NCBI GenBank assembly: GCA_045586765.1
Contig: JAZNAX010000029.1
Coordinates: forward strand, 6,012-70,011
Origin: Christensenellaceae bacterium
GTDB lineage: Bacteria; Bacillota; Clostridia; Christensenellales; Borkfalkiaceae
Direction of reading: 5' to 3'
DNA length: 64,000 nt
In this document: piece by piece, positions 57,411-64,000 of the stretch
Layout: the number at the start of each line of letters is the position of its first letter
How positions within the stretch are numbered: the first letter of the stretch is position 1
Program-made: the position numbers and the translations under genes
Notes under the pieces: model-generated
The model's database searches: none
Told to the model about the DNA's origin: nothing
Seen by the model: the letters and a program-made list of their open reading frames with translations, nothing else

Positions 57411-58934
57411 TTGTATAAAAGAATACTCGTAATAGTTTTATGTATAGCGTTATGCTTTTCAACGCTCAGTTTTATCAGTTGTAAAAAAGACCAATCTTTT
57501 ACCGTTACTTTTACAAGTGGGCATCAAGATGCAACCCTTTACTATGGCGATGAAGTTCAAAAGGTAACTAGTTCCAAGCAAATCGTAGAGCCTATTTATG
57601 TTAGAGAAGGCTATAACTTTGCAGGCTGGAACGTGTCTATTTCAAGAATAAAATCAAGTACAACCGTTGTCGCTCAATGGACAAGGTATGACATGAGCAT
57701 TATTTTTTATGCAAATGGTGGTAAAGATGATTCTGGCAATCGAATTGTAAGCATCATAGCAAACAGCGCATATGAGATAATGGAAAAAGCCCCTGAGTTT
57801 AAGAAAAAGGGATACGCACTTTCTTGGTCAAAACCACTTGAAACAATTACAAAAAGTTGCGAAATACATGCCCAATGGACATTGAACGAATATGACTTTA
57901 CTTTTAAGGATATAAACGGCAATGATTTTGATAAAAACACGCTAAGGGTAAAGTATAATGACACGCTTGATTTTGACTCTATTCAACCACCGATAGAGCC
58001 TGACAAAAAGTTCGCTTATTGGACTGATGAAGATGGTGTTCCTATCGATAAAGGCATAGTTTGGGATAATGATAATGGCGCAGAACTTAGCAGTGTGTAT
58101 GTGTCAAGTCAAGATTACGTTATAAGTTATGACCTTAATGGTGGCGATAGACAGCAAACTAATATTCAGCGTTCATTTAACCAAAACACGCCGATAGAAT
58201 TAACTAATCCGATGCGCAAAGGGTATAGTTTTGATGGTTGGCAAATAAATGGAAATAGTGAAAAATATTTTGCAAACGAAATCACTCTTGAGCATTTTAA
58301 GGTTAATGGAAACCTTGCTGATGTGAACTTAAAAGCCACTTGGGAAAAGAGCCCTTATACAGCAACCTTTGATGCCGATGGTGGAGAAATTATAGGTCAA
58401 AACCAAACTGAATTTTATTTTGGCTATGAAATAGAAAACTTGCCTATCGCTCAAAAAGAAAACTATGAGTTTGTGGGCTGGTTTTATGATGACGATGAAA
58501 TTAAAAATGGTGGCGTTTGGGAACATGCACAAAATATTACCGTAAAGGCAGTGTATAGGGCAAAATATAAGGTTAAGTTTAGCCTTTCTAGTAGCGTTGG
58601 AGTAAATAACACACAAGTAGTTTGCAAGGTCGTTAAGTGGGGGGATATAGTTAAAACAACATCGCTTGAAGATGTTGAAATTGAACTGCTTGAAGGTCAG
58701 TCACTTTTCTCTGCAAAAGAAATAGGAATATTGCCTGTTGTTGACCCAATTGAAGAGCCTAAGGTAAACGAATATGTGTTTGGCAATTATTGGAAGTATA
58801 TAGATAGTTCTAACATAAGCCATAAAGTTATGGTAAGCACAATTTTTAATCAAGAAAATTTACCAGATATAAAGGCTGGCGACACCATAGTGTTAGTTCC
58901 ACATATAAAAATTGTGTGGTCGCCACATTATTAA
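57411..58934 (+). CDS. lipoprotein with Listeria-Bacteroides (InlB B-type) repeats
   Basis: TTG start behind AAAGGGGG and lipobox LSFISC. Repeated G(Y/F)xFxGW units: GYNFAGWN, GYALSWS, KFAYWTDEDG, GYSFDGWQ and YEFVGWF. Confidence 0.8.
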   Translation: MYKRILVIVLCIALCFSTLSFISCKKDQSFTVTFTSGHQDATLYYGDEVQKVTSSKQIVEPIYVREGYNFAGWNVSISRIKSSTTVVAQWTRYDMSIIFYANGGKDDSGNRIVSIIANSAYEIMEKAPEFKKKGYALSWSKPLETITKSCEIHAQWTLNEYDFTFKDINGNDFDKNTLRVKYNDTLDFDSIQPPIEPDKKFAYWTDEDGVPIDKGIVWDNDNGAELSSVYVSSQDYVISYDLNGGDRQQTNIQRSFNQNTPIELTNPMRKGYSFDGWQINGNSEKYFANEITLEHFKVNGNLADVNLKATWEKSPYTATFDADGGEIIGQNQTEFYFGYEIENLPIAQKENYEFVGWFYDDDEIKNGGVWEHAQNITVKAVYRAKYKVKFSLSSSVGVNNTQVVCKVVKWGDIVKTTSLEDVEIELLEGQSLFSAKEIGILPVVDPIEEPKVNEYVFGNYWKYIDSSNISHKVMVSTIFNQENLPDIKAGDTIVLVPHIKIVWSPHY

Positions 58935-58946
58935 AATTTAATTATT

Positions 58947-58986
58947 AAAAAACCATACTCATAATAGAGTGTGGTTTTATTTTTAT
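58947..58986 (+). terminator. rho-independent terminator
   Basis: AAAACCATACTC-ataata-GAGTGTGGTTTT followed by a T-rich tail. Confidence 0.7.
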
Positions 58987-59040
58987 TTAAAGTAAACAAC
59001 AAAGCATAGATAAACATATAATGCACAAGGGGAGTGCGTT

Positions 59041-59526
59041 ATGGAAGAAAAGGATAATATTTACATATGCGATTATATAAATAAAAAACTTCAAAAAAAG
59101 ATTTCAATGCTAAAAGACGATTCTTGTTTTGGCTGTCACGGGGTGCTAAGTGTTTTGCTAAAAAACGTTAAGTTTTATTTTGATGTAAAACCAAAAAATC
59201 CAAAACTTGCCGATGCCGTTTTGCAGGTGATTTTGTGCAACATAAAGCACCTTGTTGAACTATGTAGTTTAAGTAATGAAAGTTTATCTATGTCAAAACT
59301 ATTAAATCACGAAAAGAACACTTGGCAATATTATAGCGATATTAAAGCACCAAAAAAAGCCAAGCAACTATATTTAGAAGTGGCACTAAACGAGTATTTA
59401 ATTATAGAAAACTACGAAAAACTAAGTAAAAGTTTCCAAAACTTGCAAAATGCTAGGTTTGAAAAACTTATAACCGAAAGCAAAGAGTGTTTGTTAAATT
59501 TACATGAAATAGCACAAAGTTCGTAA
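59041..59526 (+). CDS. hypothetical soluble protein (161 aa)
   Basis: ORF with RBS GGGGAG. No TM segment and no recognised motif. It occupies the slot upstream of the BY-kinase. Confidence 0.55.
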   Translation: MEEKDNIYICDYINKKLQKKISMLKDDSCFGCHGVLSVLLKNVKFYFDVKPKNPKLADAVLQVILCNIKHLVELCSLSNESLSMSKLLNHEKNTWQYYSDIKAPKKAKQLYLEVALNEYLIIENYEKLSKSFQNLQNARFEKLITESKECLLNLHEIAQSS

Positions 59527-59636
59527 AGTATAATATAATTTAAATATATTGTAAGGTAAATTATACACATTTTTATTGCAATTTATAAACTTTTGTTGTA
59601 TAATGGTATCGACAAAAGACTGTTGGAGGAAAAACA

Positions 59637-60413
59637 ATGGCTTTATTTAAGAAAAAAACACAAGCAGACGAATTAGGAAGAATCTTCATTGATGAAAACA
59701 CAAAGAGTAGTGATTTTGAAGATTATAACAGATTAAAGGATAACCTTTTATATATCAATGCCGATGGAAAGCATAAGATTATTCAAATAGAATCATCAAT
59801 CATGTCAGAAGGAAAGACTACACTTCTTGGCAACCTTGCTGTAACCATTGGTCAAACGAACAAAAAGGTTCTTATAATCGATTTAGATTTCCGTCGCCCA
59901 AGACTACACAGACTTTTTTCTTTTAGTAAAGATTGTGGGCTTTCTGACTATTTTATGGACAAAAAGACCAAGCAAGATATAATTAAAAATACAGCGTATA
60001 AAAACGTTGATATTATAACAACGGGCGCTCCTGTTTATAATCCATCACTTTTACTTTTGTCAGACAAGTTCAAAAATCTCCTTAACGAATTTAGAAACGA
60101 ATATGACTTTATCTTCTTAGATTGTGCACCTGTACTCCAAGTTTCAGATTATATTCATGTTTCAAAAGTTTCAGATGGAATTTTGTTTGTGGTTGCTTAT
60201 GCCTCAACAACAAAAGGACAAGTTATGGAAGCCGTAAAAGAGTTGAAGAAAACTGGGGCAGAACTTCTCGGCTCTGTATTTACAATGTATGATAAGAATA
60301 ATGACAAGAGTTTTTACAACGGACATTATTATAAATATAAAACATATGCTGAGCAAGCGTATGTTGATGACGAAGATGATGAAGGACTAGAAGAAGGGAC
60401 AGACGTAAAATAA
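59637..60413 (+). CDS. CpsD/CapB/YwqD-type bacterial tyrosine kinase (cytoplasmic BY-kinase)
   Basis: Walker A SEGKTT, A' VLIIDLDFRRP, B FIFLDCAPV, and a C-terminal Tyr cluster YNGHYYKYKTYAEQAY. Confidence 0.88.
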   Translation: MALFKKKTQADELGRIFIDENTKSSDFEDYNRLKDNLLYINADGKHKIIQIESSIMSEGKTTLLGNLAVTIGQTNKKVLIIDLDFRRPRLHRLFSFSKDCGLSDYFMDKKTKQDIIKNTAYKNVDIITTGAPVYNPSLLLLSDKFKNLLNEFRNEYDFIFLDCAPVLQVSDYIHVSKVSDGILFVVAYASTTKGQVMEAVKELKKTGAELLGSVFTMYDKNNDKSFYNGHYYKYKTYAEQAYVDDEDDEGLEEGTDVK

Positions 60414-60415
60414 TA

Positions 60416-61105
60416 ATGATTGATATACATACACACATTTTGCCTTTTGTAGACGACGGGAGTTTGGACAATAATATTTCTATTGATATGCTAAAAGAGT
60501 GTGTTAATCAAGGAATAACAGATATAATTTTAACACCACATTATAGAAAGATATACAAACTTCCACCAAATGTATTAAAGGGTGAGTTTGAAAAATTCAA
60601 GAAAATTGTTAGCGATGAAAATTTGCCTGTAAACTTATATTTAGGTCAAGAAATTTTTATTGATGAACATTATAAAAGGGCGTTTGCTAATAAAAAAGTT
60701 CTATCTATGAACGATAGCAAGTTTGTTTTGTTAGAATTTGATTATGATAAATACGTGGATATGACAGAAATAGTTTATGAACTAAAAGTTCTTGGCTATA
60801 TACCTATCATTGCGCACTATGAAAGATACTTAAATTCTGACCTTAAAACTGCGTTTGAAATTAAATCGCTCGGTGGACTTATTCAAGTTAACGCAGAATC
60901 CATAGTTGGAAAATTTAAAAGAAGATATTACGGATTAGTTAAAAAACTTTTCAAAGAAAATTTAATAGATTTTGTTTCAAGCGATGTGCATCATAACAGA
61001 GAGAATCTTTTGCTTGAAGCAAATAAATTTGTTGAAAAAAAGTTTGGAGTAGACACTGCAAATAAAGTATTTACTCTTAATGCTAAAAAAATTATTAAAG
61101 GTTAG
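60416..61105 (+). CDS. CpsB/YwqE-type PHP-domain protein-tyrosine phosphatase
   Basis: MIDIHTHILPFVDDGS..., TPHY, AHYERY and SDVHH metal-binding motifs. Confidence 0.9.
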   Translation: MIDIHTHILPFVDDGSLDNNISIDMLKECVNQGITDIILTPHYRKIYKLPPNVLKGEFEKFKKIVSDENLPVNLYLGQEIFIDEHYKRAFANKKVLSMNDSKFVLLEFDYDKYVDMTEIVYELKVLGYIPIIAHYERYLNSDLKTAFEIKSLGGLIQVNAESIVGKFKRRYYGLVKKLFKENLIDFVSSDVHHNRENLLLEANKFVEKKFGVDTANKVFTLNAKKIIKG

Positions 61106-61126
61106 ATATTTTTTCTAACCTTTTTT
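61097..61126 (+). terminator. terminator overlapping the phosphatase stop codon
   Basis: AAAGGTTAGA...TCTAACCTTT followed by a T run. Confidence 0.65.
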
Positions 61127-61136
61127 ATAAGGGATT

Positions 61137-61835
61137 ATGCAAAAAAGAATTATAGCAATCGGTGGTGGAGAAATAAAGAACAAAACCACCTTAGAAATTG
61201 ATAGATATATAGCAAGCCTTGCAAAAGAACATGCTGGTGAAAATAGGGCAAATGCTCTTTTTATTGGCACGGCTTCTCACGATAGTATGCCATATTTTAA
61301 TAGTTTTAGAAAAACCTATACTTCGGTGTTTGATATTAAGGCAGAAGTGGCGCTAATCGTTTATGGCGAAATGGACAAACAAAAAATTGCCGAAAAAATC
61401 GACAAGGCAGACTGCATTTATATCGGTGGGGGCGACACTCTTTTTATGCTTGAAAAGTGGAAAGAGTTTGGCTTAGATAAACTCATCATCGATGCCTATA
61501 ATAATGGGAAAATTATTTGTGGGCTTTCTGCCGGTGCTATTTGCTGGTTTAAGGATATGTACACCGACTATGAAATAATGCGTGGCGAAAGTGCTGACTA
61601 TGTATTAAAGAAAGGCCTTGGTATTCTAGATGGGTGCATGTGCCCACACTTTGATGATAGGGAACAAGATTTTCTTGAAGCATTAAAGAAAGGGGATATA
61701 AAGAGTTGCTATTGCGTGGAGAATAACTCGGCTATTGAGTTTGTCGATGGAAAGTTTACAAAATCAATCAGCAGTGGTGGAAAGGCATACTTTATTACCT
61801 ATGATGGCGAAAATATTGCCAAAAAGGAAATTTAA
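61137..61835 (+). CDS. peptidase S51 (dipeptidase E-like) family protein
   Basis: 232 aa. IYIGGGDTLFML...GLSAGAICWF is typical of S51 / class I GATase-like peptidase E. Confidence 0.75.
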   Translation: MQKRIIAIGGGEIKNKTTLEIDRYIASLAKEHAGENRANALFIGTASHDSMPYFNSFRKTYTSVFDIKAEVALIVYGEMDKQKIAEKIDKADCIYIGGGDTLFMLEKWKEFGLDKLIIDAYNNGKIICGLSAGAICWFKDMYTDYEIMRGESADYVLKKGLGILDGCMCPHFDDREQDFLEALKKGDIKSCYCVENNSAIEFVDGKFTKSISSGGKAYFITYDGENIAKKEI

Positions 61836-62446
61836 TGAATAAAATAGATTATAATAAAGCCATGCTCGAAATTATAAAATCAAATGGTGGGCAAAAGCAA
61901 AAACTTTTACTTCACTCTTGCTGTGCACCTTGCTCAACTGCGTGCATAGAAAGACTAATTGATTATTTTGATATCACCATTTTTTATTATAATCCTAATA
62001 TAGACACCTTAGATGAATTTAATTTAAGGGCAACAGAGCAAGAAAGATACTCTAAGAGTTTGGGGATAGATTGCATTGTTGCTGATTATGATAAGCAAAG
62101 TTTTTTAAGTCAAGCAAAAGGCTTAGAAAATGAAAGAGAAGGTGGGGCAAGGTGTGAAAAGTGTTTTAATTTAAGATTAGAAAAAACTGCTTTAAAGTGC
62201 AAAGAATTAGGATTTGACTATTTTGCAACTACTTTAACCGTTAGTCCACTTAAAAATGCCAAACTTATAAACGAGATAGGCTTTAATTTAGAAAAGAGTT
62301 TGGGTGCAAAATATTTGCCATCAGACTTTAAAAAACAAAACGGATATCTTAACTCGATAAGATTAAGTAAAGAGAATAATTTATATCGCCAAAACTATTG
62401 TGGCTGTGAATTTTCAAAAATAAAACAACAAGAAGGAAGTGTTTAA
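61835..62446 (+). CDS. queH: epoxyqueuosine reductase QueH (DUF208)
   Basis: LLLHSCCAPCS, CEKCF and NYCGCEFS Cys motifs; 203 aa. Confidence 0.85.
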   Translation: MNKIDYNKAMLEIIKSNGGQKQKLLLHSCCAPCSTACIERLIDYFDITIFYYNPNIDTLDEFNLRATEQERYSKSLGIDCIVADYDKQSFLSQAKGLENEREGGARCEKCFNLRLEKTALKCKELGFDYFATTLTVSPLKNAKLINEIGFNLEKSLGAKYLPSDFKKQNGYLNSIRLSKENNLYRQNYCGCEFSKIKQQEGSV

Positions 62447-62448
62447 CT

Positions 62449-63408
62449 ATGGACGAATTTAAATTTATGCTAGTGAAAGTTATTATGTTTGTGCTCTTAG
62501 CAATACCTGGCTATTTGTTAGTAAAAACTAAAAAGCTAAAGAGTTCAGACTCACACAGCCTATCAACAATATTACTTTATATTGGTTTGCCTTTTATGAT
62601 TTTAGTTAGTACATTAGGCTTAACACTAACAACTCAAACAATTGTTGATATATTGTTGTTGGCGCTCATCTTTGTGCTTGCAGAAATTGCACTTTCTTTG
62701 ATTTCTAAAATTTTCACAAAGTTTGAACCAATAGATGGACAAAGAAACATGGCAAGATTTTGTATGCTTTTTCCAAACAACGGATTTATTGGCATACCAC
62801 TCGCCGCAGCACTATTCCCACTGGGGCATCCATTTTTTGCCGTTGTTGCGTATTCAGGCGTACTTAACGTTTTAACAAACGTAACTTGGCCAACTTATGG
62901 CAACTATATGGTAACAGGGGATAAAAAACACATCTCTGCAAAAGGGCTACTCACAAACTTTGTTTTAATAGCATTTATTTTAGGAATTATCTTAAATCTA
63001 TTAGGTGTCACAGCAAAAGTTCCGGAAATTTTAGAGTATTCAAATCACTTTAAGGGAATTGTAGTTGCGCTTTCAATGACCGTTTTAGGTATGAAGTTTG
63101 CAGATATTCAAATGACAAAACTTTTTACAAGTATAAAAACATATTATGTAAGTTTTGTAAGACTTATCATATCTCCTGTGCTTATCGTTGGCGTGTTACT
63201 TATAGTAAGATATTTTGCATATATAAGTGATGAAGTTGTTATTGCTGTATACATTGCTTTTGCAATGCCAACTGCAGCAATGGCACCAACTGTTTCTGAT
63301 AAGTTTGGTATTGATAGCGAAAACACTGTTCTTTATACATTAGGAACAACACTTTTCTCAGTTATAACAATTCCTGTTTTCTATCTACTATTAAACTTAG
63401 TAATTTAA
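62449..63408 (+). CDS. AEC (auxin efflux carrier) family transporter
   Basis: 319 aa with about 10 TM. FPNNGFIGIPL motif. Confidence 0.75.
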   Translation: MDEFKFMLVKVIMFVLLAIPGYLLVKTKKLKSSDSHSLSTILLYIGLPFMILVSTLGLTLTTQTIVDILLLALIFVLAEIALSLISKIFTKFEPIDGQRNMARFCMLFPNNGFIGIPLAAALFPLGHPFFAVVAYSGVLNVLTNVTWPTYGNYMVTGDKKHISAKGLLTNFVLIAFILGIILNLLGVTAKVPEILEYSNHFKGIVVALSMTVLGMKFADIQMTKLFTSIKTYYVSFVRLIISPVLIVGVLLIVRYFAYISDEVVIAVYIAFAMPTAAMAPTVSDKFGIDSENTVLYTLGTTLFSVITIPVFYLLLNLVI

Positions 63409-63420
63409 TTATAAAAACCA

Positions 63421-63456
63421 AAAAAATTGCCGTGACCAACAGGTCACGGCTTTTTG
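63421..63456. terminator. bidirectional terminator between the AEC transporter gene and nagA
   Basis: GCCGTGACC-aaca-GGTCACGGC flanked by A and T runs. Confidence 0.85.
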
Positions 63457-63475
63457 TTTTATCTTTTAGGCTTAA

Positions 63476-64000
63476 TTATTTAGAATAAATGATATTTCCA
63501 TTTCTAATTGTTAATGCAACTGAAAAGTCTTCATTTAGAACTGCAAAGTCTGCATTTTTGCCTTCTTTAATAGAGCCTGCTCTATCATAAATGCCAAGAT
63601 TTTTTGCTGGGTTTATGGTTGCATAATCAATAGCATCGGTAAACTTAACATCGCATTTAGTAACTAAGTTTTTAATAGCATCGTTCATCTTTAATATGCT
63701 TCCAGCGAGTGCGCCATTTTCAAGCCTTGCTTCGCCATTTTTAACGATAACCTTTTGACCACCAAGTTCGCTTATTCCATCGCAAAGGTGTTTTGCACGC
63801 ATAGAGTCGGTTATAAGTGTGAACTTTTCGTGTGGTTTATTCTTTATTAAAAGTTTAATTGCTGGGATAGATAGGTGAATTGTGTCGCAAATTGCTTCAC
63901 AGTTAAGGCTGTCAAATAACATTGCGCTTCCAACAGTGCCTATTTCTCTGTGGTGGAGTGGCTTTTGTGCATTGTATGTATGAGTAATGTTTTTTAAGCC
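63476..64000 (-). CDS. nagA: N-acetylglucosamine-6-phosphate deacetylase, C-terminal part (5' end outside window)
   Basis: The frame stays open to nt 64000: ...THTYNAQKPLHHREIGTVGSAMLFD...ITDSMRA...GSIKEGKNADFAVL... matches NagA. Confidence 0.85.
   Translation of the reverse strand, partial: GLKNITHTYNAQKPLHHREIGTVGSAMLFDSLNCEAICDTIHLSIPAIKLLIKNKPHEKFTLITDSMRAKHLCDGISELGGQKVIVKNGEARLENGALAGSILKMNDAIKNLVTKCDVKFTDAIDYATINPAKNLGIYDRAGSIKEGKNADFAVLNEDFSVALTIRNGNIIYSK

Overview
This window looks like a low-GC Bacillota (Clostridia-like) chromosome segment, and most of it is housekeeping genes. That placement is an inference from CIRCE/HrcA control, AddAB, a split BY-kinase and gene order. In order: purL 3' end, fhs, a pnuC-like gene; then an A+T-rich accessory segment at about 2.75-7.8 kb. 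This is followed by rimK-like, hsp20, htpG, a fused MacB-type ABC transporter, and hrcA-grpE-dnaK-(ygjV-like)-dnaJ-prmA-mtaB-HIT. Next come a BspA-type LRR gene, ispDF and an S4-domain gene on the minus strand, and rpoB-rpoC-rpsL-rpsG-fusA-tuf. A two-gene membrane cassette (600-aa orphan plus LemA) follows, then copA-copZ, hup, peptidases and lipoproteins, addB-addA, an InlB-B-repeat lipoprotein, a BY-kinase/PHP-phosphatase pair, an S51 peptidase, queH, an AEC transporter and the nagA 3' end. No rRNA, tRNA, CRISPR array, transposase or integrase was recognised. The best candidate for something undescribed is the 2.75-7.8 kb segment. It holds a divergent 70-aa XRE regulator, an array of eight TAGGTCA-NN-TGACCTA-type palindromes, a dead LRR gene with its own promoter and operator-like palindrome, a 1070-aa HelD-like SF1 helicase with extra N- and C-terminal regions, and a small promoter-to-terminator unit on the minus strand. 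Other points worth a second look: both CIRCE operators carry an extra right half-site at an identical 14-nt offset; a long nested hairpin plus terminator leader precedes the LRR gene; the rpsL-rpsG spacer is 212 nt and structured; near-identical terminator hairpins bracket the orphan/LemA cassette after tuf; and the BY-kinase has no transmembrane modulator. Family assignments come from motif recognition by eye. No database search was run.
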